A stretch of 64,000 nt of DNA from Candidatus Altimarinota bacterium (GCA_963677745.1 OY782391.1:608001-672000); one strand, 5' to 3'; shown: positions 27,180-37,936, counted from the stretch's first letter. Made by a program: numbers and translations. Notes: a model not told the origin generated them from the letters alone.

Positions 27180-28727
27180 ATGGGCTTCAATCCCGAACAA
27201 CCGGAGGAAGGAGGTCTGAACATCAGAAAAGCCCTTTCCGAACTAAAAAATGACGTAATGAAAACGGTCAGTCCCTACATGCCCGATTTCATTAATAATT
27301 ATGTTGAAAAATACAGCAAAGCCCTGCCCGACCTTGGCAAAGAAATCGGTATAACCCCGGAACAGGAAGCAGATGCCCAAAAAAAAGCCGCTGAAGAAAG
27401 CCCCGACACTTCAGCGCCAACCACAACCCCCGCTCCCGTTCCTGCGCTCGCTCCCTCTCCTTCACCTGCACCACAAACAACGCCCGCTGCAGTTGAAACC
27501 GCGCCGGCAGTTAATAATTCTACCCCGGCTATAACCGAATCCGCACCAATACCTTTGGAGACACTCAGACAGGAATACCGGCGAATCGACCAGCTACGGC
27601 AAAGCACCGCCATTACTGCACAAACCCGTGACCGGGTAAACAAAGAACTTGATCTGATGCTAAGAATGGCCCCCAACTATTTGAAAATGCAGATGGCTGC
27701 CGCCCCCGACCATCAGCTGGAGGAAGTTGAACAACTGGGCATGAAAATGGAAAACTTTTCTCCGCTGGTCGATTTAAGCGCTTTTGATCTGGACAAACTG
27801 CGTGCCGGAACTTTAAATCTTGATGCTCTGAAACAGCGGGGAATTCGTGAGCTGGTGCTGATGGAGGATCGTGATCCGCAATTTTTTCTCAATTACCGGG
27901 GATTTAACGGCGGACAAACGGTCCCGCTCAACCGCCATGGCAGCAAACAGGAGGTATGGACGCAGGCCGACCTCAAACTGCTTACCCAAAAAATCCATCA
28001 ATCAGGAATGAAAGTCACTATCGGGTTTTGGGGAAATATAGAAAACGCCGCCAACAATGAATTTTTGAAACGCAACTGGAACCAGGTTCATCCGGTAATC
28101 CCGGGCTCCACCGACATGAATCCCCTGGCTCTGATCAAAGATGAAAACAACCGGGAAATGCCTTTTGCGGATTATATTGTCAATCAATATAAAAAACTAA
28201 ACCGTGACTTCCAGTTTGACGGTCTTTTCCTGGGAGACGGTTTAATGGGCTATCGCGACTTCAAGGATCCCAACGCCCCCTATGACTTTTCCTCCACCGC
28301 CCCGCTTTGGACTGATTTTTACAAAAGAATCCATCAGGGAGTTCACTCCGTCACACCCGACAGCAAACTGTGGGCTTATGACGTTATGGGTAAAGGAACT
28401 GCCGACGCCCGCAAAAACGGGGTGGATTTGGGGGCCCTGACCCCGCATTTGGACAGCTTTATTTTTCAAGCTTATGGAAGCGACGCCTGGGGCAAAGACT
28501 ATATGGCCCTGCCGGGTTATGATCTGGCCCGCGACCAAAAAGCCATTTCGGAATTACCGCCCGAACTGCAGGCAAAAACCAAATACAGCGTCGCCTTTGG
28601 CGACGCAGTTGAAGGCTGGCATGCCTCCGCGGCCTCCAATCTGGCCAAACACCAAGCGCTCAAATCGCATGCACAGCAGGGCGGGCTGGGAGTCTGGTCA
28701 AATCAGGTTATACGCAGACTGACCTAA
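27180..28727 (+). CDS. Hypothetical protein with Pro/Ala/Thr linker and putative TIM-barrel glycoside-hydrolase-like domain
   Basis: IHQSGMKVTIGFW, FDGLFLGDG and LDSFIFQAYG are strand patterns typical of (beta/alpha)8 GH-like folds; no signal peptide. Confidence 0.6.
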   Translation: MGFNPEQPEEGGLNIRKALSELKNDVMKTVSPYMPDFINNYVEKYSKALPDLGKEIGITPEQEADAQKKAAEESPDTSAPTTTPAPVPALAPSPSPAPQTTPAAVETAPAVNNSTPAITESAPIPLETLRQEYRRIDQLRQSTAITAQTRDRVNKELDLMLRMAPNYLKMQMAAAPDHQLEEVEQLGMKMENFSPLVDLSAFDLDKLRAGTLNLDALKQRGIRELVLMEDRDPQFFLNYRGFNGGQTVPLNRHGSKQEVWTQADLKLLTQKIHQSGMKVTIGFWGNIENAANNEFLKRNWNQVHPVIPGSTDMNPLALIKDENNREMPFADYIVNQYKKLNRDFQFDGLFLGDGLMGYRDFKDPNAPYDFSSTAPLWTDFYKRIHQGVHSVTPDSKLWAYDVMGKGTADARKNGVDLGALTPHLDSFIFQAYGSDAWGKDYMALPGYDLARDQKAISELPPELQAKTKYSVAFGDAVEGWHASAASNLAKHQALKSHAQQGGLGVWSNQVIRRLT

Positions 28728-28747
28728 TCTTCTTGGTAAGAAGATTA
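28725..28747. terminator. Inverted repeat after the stop codon
   Basis: TAATCTTCTT-GGT-AAGAAGATTA. Confidence 0.45.
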
Positions 28748-28819
28748 ATTCTAGGACTTTTCCCCGAAAAGAATTATACTCAGCGCAAATAAAAATTTTT
28801 ATTATTCATTAACTAATTT

Positions 28820-30256
28820 ATGAAGAACCTCTTCACCAGGCTTAGTCTCACTGTGATGGCTATTTCCATTTTAATAGCACCGGCCACCACTTCCGCCGTT
28901 CAAATTTTTAGCGACGTCAATGAAAACACTACCTATGCCAGCTCCATCGACTGGGCCTATGAAAAAGGCATCATCAGAGGGTACGGTGATGGAAATTTTG
29001 GACCGGACAACTGCGTCCGCCGCGCCGAACTGGTCAAAATGATTGTGGAATACAAATATCCGGGCCAGGCCCAGTTAAACGCCACCACAGGCGAACCAAA
29101 TTTTAACGACGTTTTGAATACCGACTGGCACTATCTTTATATTAAACTGGCAAAAAACAAAGGAATTATAAGCGGATACAGCGATGGCACTTTCCGTCCG
29201 GGAAATTGCGTAAATCGAGCTGAAACCATGAAAATAGCCGTCGAAACATTGTTCCCCGACCAGCAGCTCGTTCATAACAACAGCCCGTTATACCTGGATA
29301 ACAAAACGGTTAGCGACATCCCCACCATCGGCTGGTATGTCCCTTATGCCAGATTCGTTATAGGAAACAGATTGATGGGCACCGCCCACACCGTACCAAC
29401 AGCGATAACCCCTTCAGGTGATTTTGACAGCATCCAATTTTTTCCTGGAAATGATATGACCAGAAAAGAAGTGGCTCATATGCTTTTGCTGATGAGCGGC
29501 TACACCAGCACAACGACCGGTGGCACATCCGGCACCACCGGAGGCAACACCGGTACAACTACCGGAGGCGGAACCACAGGGACAACTACCGGCACACTGG
29601 GAACGCCGAACCTTTTGACACCGGCTAACAACAGCGTTATCCACATCACTCCAAACCAGACCATGGGATTCACCTGGTCTGCTGCAGACAATGCCTCTTA
29701 TTATGAACTGATGATCCGCTTGGCCGGCTCGACCAATTATTTTCTTGTCCAGCGTGCGGATGCCACCTCTGCAATCTACCAATTCAACATAGTAAACGGC
29801 TCCGAAAACTATATGTGGAAAGTCAGGGCTTATGCCGATGATGGACAAATCAGAGAATCATCCGAAAACCTCTTACAATTCACGCCACCTCCTTCCGTCA
29901 CGCTTTCCGGACCCGTCAATGAATCAGAGATCCCTCACGGACTGACTATTCCTTTTCAGTGGAGCAATTCCAACCTTACACCCGGAGGAGAATTCAATGT
30001 CATGATGAGCTGCGCCAATAACAGCTATCCCACCAGCGACAGATGGCTGGAACGGACCATTACCAACGACACAGCCACTTCTTATAACTGGAACACTGCC
30101 ACTGATTTCAACCCGTCCAATACCATCGGTTATGGATTCAATTTTGACTCCAGCCTCTACTGTCACTGGCAGGTTTTTTATTTAATCCCGAACAGCACTA
30201 CTCCCACCGTCAGATCAGAAACCCGCAACCTGATCATTAAAATTGACACTTTATAG
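28820..30256 (+). CDS. S-layer homology (SLH) domain protein with Gly/Thr linker and two Ig/Fn3-like domains
   Basis: Signal peptide; FSDV...GII-x-GY-x-DG-x-F-x-P...RAE twice plus a third TRKE repeat; P-x-L-x2-P-x-N...F-x-WS twice. Confidence 0.88.
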   Translation: MKNLFTRLSLTVMAISILIAPATTSAVQIFSDVNENTTYASSIDWAYEKGIIRGYGDGNFGPDNCVRRAELVKMIVEYKYPGQAQLNATTGEPNFNDVLNTDWHYLYIKLAKNKGIISGYSDGTFRPGNCVNRAETMKIAVETLFPDQQLVHNNSPLYLDNKTVSDIPTIGWYVPYARFVIGNRLMGTAHTVPTAITPSGDFDSIQFFPGNDMTRKEVAHMLLLMSGYTSTTTGGTSGTTGGNTGTTTGGGTTGTTTGTLGTPNLLTPANNSVIHITPNQTMGFTWSAADNASYYELMIRLAGSTNYFLVQRADATSAIYQFNIVNGSENYMWKVRAYADDGQIRESSENLLQFTPPPSVTLSGPVNESEIPHGLTIPFQWSNSNLTPGGEFNVMMSCANNSYPTSDRWLERTITNDTATSYNWNTATDFNPSNTIGYGFNFDSSLYCHWQVFYLIPNSTTPTVRSETRNLIIKIDTL

Positions 30257-30395
30257 CTCTACGGCCGCCTCCCCCACCCGCGCCGAGCTAAATTTGCCAA
30301 AACAGCCAGTGCAGTTTATTCTGAACTGGCTTTAATTATGCCCGGCAATAGACGCTCGGGAAAATCATAAAAAACTTAGTCTTAGCAATAGAAAT

Positions 30396-31694
30396 ATGGA
30401 CAGAACATTAATCAAAAACTTCCGGGATCACGTCGGCAAAGAAGTAACGATGGCCGGCTGGATGTATAACAAACGCGGCAGCGGAAAAATTTATTTTTTG
30501 CAACTACGGGACGGCACAGGAATGACCCAGGGGGTAATGGAGGCTGACAAGGTTTCTCCGGAAACCCTGGAAATAGCCGAAAAACTAACCATGGAATCAT
30601 CGGTAATGGTAACCGGGATGGTCACAGCTCACCCCAAACATGCCGATCAGTTTGAACTGCAGGTTTCCAAACTGGAAATCGTACAAATTGCCGCGCACGA
30701 TTATCCCATTTCCAAAAAAGATCACGGACCGGACTTTCTGTTGGACAACCGCCATCTCTGGCTCCGCTCTCCCCGCCAGTGGGCAATTCAGCGCGTTCGC
30801 GACGCCATTGTCCGGGCCACCGTTGAATACTTTCATCAGAATAATTTCATCAAATTCGATTCACCCATCCTTACTCCCAATGCCTGTGAAGGAACTACCG
30901 AACTGTTTGAAATTGAATACTTCGAACTGGGCAAAGCCTACCTTTCCCAATCCGGCCAGTTATATCTTGAGGCTGGCATCATGTCGCTGGGCCGCGCCTA
31001 TGACTTCGGTCCGGTTTTTCGCGCCGAAAAATCCAAAACCCGCCGCCATCTGACCGAATTCTGGATGATGGATGCCGAAGCTGCTTTTGTCGAACATCAG
31101 GAAAACATGAATATCCAGGAAGAACTGGTGCGCTACATTCTGACCAAAGTCTTGAGCGAACACCGCCAGGAGCTGACCATTCTGGAAAGAAACATCGAGG
31201 CTTTGGAAAAAGCCAATCAACCCTTTATCCGCAAAACCCACGCCGAAGTAATCGCAGAGCTCCGCTCCATGGGTTCCGACATCAATGAAATGCATGACCT
31301 GGGTGCCGACGACGAAACCATGCTTACCAAAAAATACGACCAGCCGATTTTTGTGGAAAAATACCCGGCTGCCGTCAAAGCCTTCTACATGAAACGTGAT
31401 CCCTCCGACCAGTCCCGCGCACTGTGCTCGGATCTGCTGGCCCCCGAAGGATACGGTGAAGTGATCGGTGGCAGCCAACGTGAGGATGATTACGACCAGC
31501 TGCTGGAACGCATCAAAGAACATGCCTTACCAGTCGAAGCTTTCCAATGGTATCTTGACCTGCGTAAATATGGTTCGGTTCCCCATTCCGGCTTCGGTTA
31601 CGGTCTGGAAAGACTGGTCACCTGGATCTGCGGCATTGAACATGTCCGTGAAGCGATACCCTTTTCCCGCAACCCCTACCGTCTGACGCCCTAA
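30396..31694 (+). CDS. asnS: Asparagine--tRNA ligase
   Basis: FLQLRDG, RHLWLR, YLSQSGQLY, FRAEKSKTRRHLTEFWM, GEVIGGSQRE, PHSGFG-x-GLER. Confidence 0.95.
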   Translation: MDRTLIKNFRDHVGKEVTMAGWMYNKRGSGKIYFLQLRDGTGMTQGVMEADKVSPETLEIAEKLTMESSVMVTGMVTAHPKHADQFELQVSKLEIVQIAAHDYPISKKDHGPDFLLDNRHLWLRSPRQWAIQRVRDAIVRATVEYFHQNNFIKFDSPILTPNACEGTTELFEIEYFELGKAYLSQSGQLYLEAGIMSLGRAYDFGPVFRAEKSKTRRHLTEFWMMDAEAAFVEHQENMNIQEELVRYILTKVLSEHRQELTILERNIEALEKANQPFIRKTHAEVIAELRSMGSDINEMHDLGADDETMLTKKYDQPIFVEKYPAAVKAFYMKRDPSDQSRALCSDLLAPEGYGEVIGGSQREDDYDQLLERIKEHALPVEAFQWYLDLRKYGSVPHSGFGYGLERLVTWICGIEHVREAIPFSRNPYRLTP

Positions 31695-31723
31695 GCAGCG
31701 CGACCCCTTAACCGCCGCTCCCC

Positions 31724-32188
31724 ATGCCCGCCAAACCTGTCACAGATTCACAACTTGCCCACAACCGTTACGCCTTTCACCAGTACGAAGTCCTGGAAAA
31801 AATCGAGGCAGGGATAGTTTTGACGGGAGCCGAAGTAAAATCTGTCCGCAACCATGACATCAGCATCAAACCTGCCTATGCCAGCATCGAGGGCAACCAG
31901 GTCATCCTGAAAAATTGCCACATTGCTCCCTACAAACTGGCCAACGACCCTCTTTATAATCCGGAGAGATACCGTCAACTATTGCTGAATCATAAGCAAA
32001 TAACCTTTTTGGATAGTCAGATTAGAGAGAACGGACTGACCCTGATCCCCCTCTCTGTTTATCTCAAAAAAGGACGCATTAAAGTAGAACTAGGACTTTG
32101 CCGCGGCAAAAAACTTCATGACAAACGCCAGGACTTGAAGAAAAAGGCTCAAACGCGAGAAATAGAGCGCCATTTCCGCCGTAGCTGA
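31724..32188 (+). CDS. smpB: SsrA-binding protein
   Basis: EAGIVL-x-G-x-EVKS-x-R, LLLN, G-x-T-x-IPL, GKKLHDKR. Confidence 0.97.
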   Translation: MPAKPVTDSQLAHNRYAFHQYEVLEKIEAGIVLTGAEVKSVRNHDISIKPAYASIEGNQVILKNCHIAPYKLANDPLYNPERYRQLLLNHKQITFLDSQIRENGLTLIPLSVYLKKGRIKVELGLCRGKKLHDKRQDLKKKAQTREIERHFRRS

Positions 32189-32206
32189 AAAATAATTCAA
32201 TTTATT

Positions 32207-33664
32207 ATGTCTGAAATTAACCCTTCCATCTTCAGAGCCTACGACATACGCGGCACCGCCGACCCGCTGCCGTCAAAACCGCAGCCTGACCTGACAATTG
32301 AAACAGCCCGACTAATCGGACTTGGAACAGCTGCTTATCTGTCAAGAACTTATGGTTGTAAGAACATGCTTGTCGGCAGGGACAACCGGCTCCATTCGGA
32401 AAAGCTGCAAACTGCCTTTACCGAAGGAGTCCTGGACTCCGGACTGGATGTAACGGATCTCGGCCTCACCACCAGTCCGATGGTTTACTTTGGCTCCTGC
32501 CGGTACGGTTCGGACTCGGCAATCAATATTACCGCCAGCCACAATCCAAAACCGGAAAACGGTTTTAAAATAGTACGGGAACATGCCCATTCGGTCGCTG
32601 ACAGAGAATTACAGGAAATTCTCAAATTGATTCAAAATGATGATTTTCTTAAACCGGCCCGGCCCGGAAAACTGACCAAAATTGATACATTACCCCGGGA
32701 TTATCAGGACAAAATAGCCTCTGTAACCACTCTTTCCAACGCCAAAAACCGCCCTCTTAAAATTGTCATTGACGCCGGCAACGGAGTAGCCGGCGCCTAC
32801 GCCCCTTCCCTCTTTCGGACCATGGGTTGCGAAGTTATTGAACTTTATTGTGAATTGGACGGCAATTTCCCCAACCACGAAGCCAACCCCGAACAGGCCA
32901 AAAACATGGTGGACCTGGGTAAAAAGGTGGTAGAAGTGAACGCAGACCTGGGTATCGGTTTCGACGGGGACGGTGACCGCATGGGAGTAGTCGATGAAAA
33001 GGGCCGACACTATTCCGCCGAATATCCGATTATGTTAATTGCCAGAGATCTTCTTAAAGAACATCCCGGTGAAAAAATCATTCACGATGTCAAAGTCAAT
33101 CAGGCCCTGATCGACGATCTGCTGGCCCATGGCGGCCAGCCGGTCATGTCACGGGTCGGACACTCCTACATTGAGCGGCGGCTGGCCGCCGAGGGCGCCA
33201 CACTGGCGGGCGAAAAGAGCGGCCACCTGTTTTTCGGAGAAAGATATTTCCATTATTACGGTTTCGACGACGGCCTTTTCGCCGGCGCCAAAATAGTCGA
33301 AGCCCTCAGCCGGACCACCCAAAGTTTTTCGGAAATATTTGCCGGTCTTCCCCAGCTTCCCAATATCCCGGAGCTAAAAATCCCCTGTCCCGACGACCTC
33401 AAAGCAAGAGTGATTGAAACAGTCACTAATAATTTTCTGGAACAGTTGTCCAAAACACCCCAGGATCAACCTCCTTTCTCCTGCATCACTCTGGACGGCA
33501 TTCGTGTCACCTTCCCGGATGGAGCCTGGATTCTCATCCGTTACTCCAATACCAGTCCCAGTCTGACCCTTCATGCCGAAGCTCCGACGGAATCCCGTCT
33601 GCAGCAAATAAAGGAGCTGGCCTTCGGCCAGCTCCGTCAGTTCCCCGAATTGAACATCCCTTAA
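32207..33664 (+). CDS. Phosphomannomutase/phosphoglucomutase (AlgC/ManB-like)
   Basis: FRAYDIRG, TASHNP, FDGDGDR, GEKSGH, DG-x-R...R-x-SNT-x-P. Confidence 0.95.
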   Translation: MSEINPSIFRAYDIRGTADPLPSKPQPDLTIETARLIGLGTAAYLSRTYGCKNMLVGRDNRLHSEKLQTAFTEGVLDSGLDVTDLGLTTSPMVYFGSCRYGSDSAINITASHNPKPENGFKIVREHAHSVADRELQEILKLIQNDDFLKPARPGKLTKIDTLPRDYQDKIASVTTLSNAKNRPLKIVIDAGNGVAGAYAPSLFRTMGCEVIELYCELDGNFPNHEANPEQAKNMVDLGKKVVEVNADLGIGFDGDGDRMGVVDEKGRHYSAEYPIMLIARDLLKEHPGEKIIHDVKVNQALIDDLLAHGGQPVMSRVGHSYIERRLAAEGATLAGEKSGHLFFGERYFHYYGFDDGLFAGAKIVEALSRTTQSFSEIFAGLPQLPNIPELKIPCPDDLKARVIETVTNNFLEQLSKTPQDQPPFSCITLDGIRVTFPDGAWILIRYSNTSPSLTLHAEAPTESRLQQIKELAFGQLRQFPELNIP

Positions 33665-33687
33665 TCCGGGGGACAAACTCTTTTGGA

Positions 33688-36600
33688 CTATCTTACCACC
33701 GGACTAAAATCCTGTTCGACTTCAAATCCCGGCAGATCTTTGGCAATCGGCCTGTAGAAAAAGTTTACGGGATATTCATTCTCCAGGATTACCGGTAGAT
33801 TTTTGGTGACAAAATAAGTAGACCGCACCGAATTGGGAGCCAGTTTACCGGCCACCAGATCCTTGTCCGGATTGGTAGTTGCATTGTAAAGATCAGTTGC
33901 GTCTATGTCATATCCAACCACGCTGGCATCACAACCGCCATCCGGTTCGGTAGCTCTTTTTTGATCCTTGGCAGTACCATTAGAACAGATCTCCAGTCCG
34001 GGACCATAGTAACGCAGATAGTTTAGGTCAACCAGCCTGGCTCTGCATATACCTGTAACATTGGCATAATTTGTACAATAGGTGGTTCCGGTCAATACCC
34101 TGCCGTTTTCATCGGTTGGAGGAAGTCTGCTGGCATTACCAATACCGTTCATTGAAGAAAGTGTTCCCTCAATCACCAGCTGACTGCCAAATCGCTGTTG
34201 TCTGGCATTATCATCATCGGCATACATCGCAAAACCGTCTGCATTTGTAACAGGAAGACCCATGGACTTGTCATAACTCTGCATTACACGGTCCAGATAG
34301 ATCTGCGTATTCGAGAGCCAGGTTACATTCTTGTTCAGATAGAGAAACCCCTGATTTTGTTTATTGCCCTCCAAATCACGTAAAGCAATTAAACCGACCT
34401 GGGCATTATTAAGGGTGTTTATATTGGAATTTACTATAATACTGCCGTTCTCAACAATAAATGTAACATTCGATCTAAAAGTACAGGTTGAAACCGCCGG
34501 AGGTGGAACCGCTCCGCAATCAATCGTCAGATTATGATCTTTGAGATAATATACCTTGGTTTTAACCAATTCATTCAAACCGGTTATAGACATCGGATTG
34601 GAGACTGTTCTGTCCACACCAACCAATGGAGTGGTATATCCGGTCAGATACTTTGCCACATTCCTTACAATGGCTTCGCGTCTCAAATTGCTGGAAATAT
34701 TACCCAGACTCTTCAGAGAGACATCAGCTGACTTCTGAGCAAAATCCGTCATATAGACATTACCTTCCACCTTGGCCACCGGATTCACAATTACACCGGC
34801 CTTGATCCTCGGTAGTTTGGGACCCCAATATGAAACGGCCTGACCTCCTACCCTGTAAGTAACCTTGGAATGAAGATAAGGACCGGCCTGAGTAAGAGTA
34901 CTGGAAAGTCCCGTTGCAAACAGCTGGCCGATCCAGGTGTCGGTAGTGGCATTGCTTTTCACCATCTGATCCACGATGGTCGCATCAGCCGGATCGGGAG
35001 GAGTAGCCTTGGGAAACCCCTTATCAGTCAATAATTTTAATTGATAGAGACTGGAATCCTCTAATCCTATTCTGAAAGTCATGGCAGGAGCAATGGCGGA
35101 CGGATTAAATACCAGCTTGTCCATCTTGAATTGCTGTGGAGTATCAACGCTGTCGAGCGCAATAAAGTTCAGAGGATTGCCATAGGAGAGATAGTCCAAA
35201 GTGTCGGCCTTCACCAGCGGATTGAAACTGATTGTGGAAGAAGCCGTTGAAATATTGTACATTTCGCACTTGTCCACGTTAACCTTTCCATAGATACATT
35301 TGGCCGGAATTCCCGGTCCCGTACTGTACTGGAAAAACATCAGATCAATTTCCTTTACCTTCAGAAGATTCTGATTGGACTTGGTTACATCATAGGTACC
35401 AACATCAGCTTTGTTCCAATAATAGAATTTTTCATTCTGTGTACCGCCGGTCGTATTCATATCCGAAGTCGGAGCAACAGATGTAATCGGCCCCTTCCAG
35501 GACTGGGTAACAGGGTCATACTTAAAATCACTCAGACCATAGAGTCCATACAATAGTGGTTTTTTAATAGCTCCGCCATTAGTGCTGCCATACCTATAAA
35601 TATCCTGTTGTTGACTGGCCAAGGTGGTCTGGTCCAGATCGACATCATCCTCCCAGACATAATTCATTTTGGCACAATATTTTTTTGTGCCCGGAGCCGT
35701 CGTATACATATTCAGGGAAGCGCTGGAACACTCATCAATGTCGGTATCGGGAATTTTCACGCCGCCATCCACAAACCGGACGTCCACCTCATTTGTTTCC
35801 ACACCGTCGGCAAACGGGGCTTTGAGGGAATCGGTAATGACCGGACAGGTCCCGTCCAAATCGCAGGCGCACTTGGATTCTCCGGGTGAAAAAGCGGTAA
35901 CCGTCTCACGCGATGTCTTCCAAATCTTACCCGGCGCAACGGACTGCGTAGTCCAGATAACATTTCTGTAACGATCGGAAACCACCGCAGTTGGATTAAT
36001 TGCAGCCAGATCGGGATATAAGCCCATATTTACTCCCGTTTGGGTATCGGTCCGGCCAACTCCGGCCGAACTTCCAACCGACCAGATAGCTCTTTTAAAA
36101 TAATCAAAATTAAAGTGAGATAGACCAGCCACGGGGGCTGAATATTTAGCCCAAAAAGACAAAGTTCCCATTGAAGACCGCAGTTTGATCAATTCATTAC
36201 TGGAAGCCAGCCCCATCCAGATTGCACCGTTCATGTTGTCATATTGCAATTCCGGTGCTGCAACCCCCGTGCCAATTTCAGGAATATTAACAATCGAGTT
36301 TGTATATAAGCCCCCCGTTCCGGCAAACAAATTCGAAGAACTCACCTTGACGAGTTTATTATCACCCTGCAATACCCAGGTCAGAGCCGTATTAGGAGCA
36401 TAGACAACCTGATTTACCGTAACGCCGGCCGGAAAGTCCAATATGGTTACAAAACCGTCGGTACGGCGGTATTTCAACAAATGAGCCCCGTTCACATCGC
36501 TGGCCAGTACCCAGGCGGCAGCATTGGTACCGTCGGCGTACATATCGTGAAACTTGACCGGCAGTACCGCACCCGGCCAGGTAACCTGTTGTGACCAGGC

Positions 36601-37590
36601 CTTGTTACCGGTGGATTCATCAAAAGCGACTATGCCCAAATTCCCGCCCAAACTATAGGAAATCATATAAGTTTTATAGCCGGACGACTCGGAATCGACA
36701 AAGTAAGGACTCTTTTCATTTACGTCAATACTGGTGAAAGTTTTAACAGGATTGGGCACTCCCGTACTTATGTTAAATTTAACCAGATTTCTGGTACTGG
36801 CGTTTACCACCCATAAGTTGCTTCCATAGGTGGATATGGAGGTCGGGACATTACCATAACTGTCATAGGAAGTTCCGGTATCGTATGGCGTAACAGGAGT
36901 CGGCTTTATATCCCTCACGCTGCAAATATCAATGTACTTAATAATATTGGGATCCACAACCGGCGGGTCAGTATCATCCCAGTGGAACCAGACTCCTCCA
37001 AAATCCATCCAGCCGATGGTATCCGCCCAAGCATCTCTGGCCGCAGCCGAGAGACCTGGAGAAACCAAACCGCGATTGGGATTGGCCGGTACCGGTGACA
37101 TACGATGGAAAGCACTCTTGAAACTGATCCAGCCGATATTGTCACCCCAGGCATAACCGTCCATATCCACCGTAGCAAAATTACCGTTACCGTCAGGACC
37201 GGTCGTAGCAAAATCTATCTCATAAGGAAGTCCTCCACAGGGTATGTCCAAATTCTTCGCACCCGCTCCTCCCGGACAATACAAACTGATCCAGCCCAGA
37301 TTATCGTTCCAAACCCAGCCTTCCAGTCGCACCGGTTTGGCATCAACTCCGTATTTATCCACTCGTACACAGGCCTGATATTGACCGGGCACACCGGCAT
37401 CGTCAAAATCCAGAATTCCGCTGTTGTTAACACCTCCAACCAATAACGGCTGAGATGAACCGGTGACATCGTAACAGGGCGGGGTCTCATACTCCCTAAA
37501 ACCGGCCGCAGCGGCAGTTTCAACTCCCATCAGAATAATTGGCAAAACCATTATTGGCAGCCAGAAAATAAATTTATTTGGAAATTTCAT
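33688..37590 (-). CDS. Giant secreted surface protein (~1300 aa) with G-x-(A/V)-W repeats, beta-propeller-like region and beta-rich C-terminus
   Basis: Signal peptide from ATG 37590; repeats GWVWNDNLGWI, GYAWGDNIGWI, AWADTIGWM; several (L/I/A/T)W(V/M/S/T) blade-like repeats; many paired Cys. Confidence 0.8.
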   Translation of the reverse strand: MKFPNKFIFWLPIMVLPIILMGVETAAAAGFREYETPPCYDVTGSSQPLLVGGVNNSGILDFDDAGVPGQYQACVRVDKYGVDAKPVRLEGWVWNDNLGWISLYCPGGAGAKNLDIPCGGLPYEIDFATTGPDGNGNFATVDMDGYAWGDNIGWISFKSAFHRMSPVPANPNRGLVSPGLSAAARDAWADTIGWMDFGGVWFHWDDTDPPVVDPNIIKYIDICSVRDIKPTPVTPYDTGTSYDSYGNVPTSISTYGSNLWVVNASTRNLVKFNISTGVPNPVKTFTSIDVNEKSPYFVDSESSGYKTYMISYSLGGNLGIVAFDESTGNKAWSQQVTWPGAVLPVKFHDMYADGTNAAAWVLASDVNGAHLLKYRRTDGFVTILDFPAGVTVNQVVYAPNTALTWVLQGDNKLVKVSSSNLFAGTGGLYTNSIVNIPEIGTGVAAPELQYDNMNGAIWMGLASSNELIKLRSSMGTLSFWAKYSAPVAGLSHFNFDYFKRAIWSVGSSAGVGRTDTQTGVNMGLYPDLAAINPTAVVSDRYRNVIWTTQSVAPGKIWKTSRETVTAFSPGESKCACDLDGTCPVITDSLKAPFADGVETNEVDVRFVDGGVKIPDTDIDECSSASLNMYTTAPGTKKYCAKMNYVWEDDVDLDQTTLASQQQDIYRYGSTNGGAIKKPLLYGLYGLSDFKYDPVTQSWKGPITSVAPTSDMNTTGGTQNEKFYYWNKADVGTYDVTKSNQNLLKVKEIDLMFFQYSTGPGIPAKCIYGKVNVDKCEMYNISTASSTISFNPLVKADTLDYLSYGNPLNFIALDSVDTPQQFKMDKLVFNPSAIAPAMTFRIGLEDSSLYQLKLLTDKGFPKATPPDPADATIVDQMVKSNATTDTWIGQLFATGLSSTLTQAGPYLHSKVTYRVGGQAVSYWGPKLPRIKAGVIVNPVAKVEGNVYMTDFAQKSADVSLKSLGNISSNLRREAIVRNVAKYLTGYTTPLVGVDRTVSNPMSITGLNELVKTKVYYLKDHNLTIDCGAVPPPAVSTCTFRSNVTFIVENGSIIVNSNINTLNNAQVGLIALRDLEGNKQNQGFLYLNKNVTWLSNTQIYLDRVMQSYDKSMGLPVTNADGFAMYADDDNARQQRFGSQLVIEGTLSSMNGIGNASRLPPTDENGRVLTGTTYCTNYANVTGICRARLVDLNYLRYYGPGLEICSNGTAKDQKRATEPDGGCDASVVGYDIDATDLYNATTNPDKDLVAGKLAPNSVRSTYFVTKNLPVILENEYPVNFFYRPIAKDLPGFEVEQDFSPVVR

Positions 37591-37876
37591 TGTGTTTTTA
37601 TTTAGATTTATTCTTATTATTTTAACACAAAACACCCCCACAAACAACAGTGGATTCTTAGTTTTTTCCCCATTTGGCAGCCAAAACAGCTTAAATTTCA
37701 ATTTGACCAACTTAAAAATTAGTTACAAAACAACCAATAAGGCCGTTTAACTTGAGCACAAAGCCAAAAAATGGCAACAGGCCTGAAAAAGCTCTATTTA
37801 AAAGCAAAATTCAGCGTCGGCTAATCGACAGTCAGCCGTAAAAAAGACCTTTAAAATTACAATTCACAAACCAACC

Positions 37877-37904
37877 TTGCCTTTTCGCTTTCCCCTCTTA
37901 TAAT
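37877..37904 (+). promoter_or_regulatory. Sigma-70 promoter of hup
   Basis: TTGCCT-16 nt-TATAAT. Confidence 0.65.
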
Positions 37905-37936
37905 CGTTTTAGTCTAATTCTTAACAAAATAAGACC

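Noticed and set aside
31724-32206. tmRNA gene next to smpB
   Set aside because: Flanking gaps are under 30 nt, and no ssrA-like termini were seen in the window.
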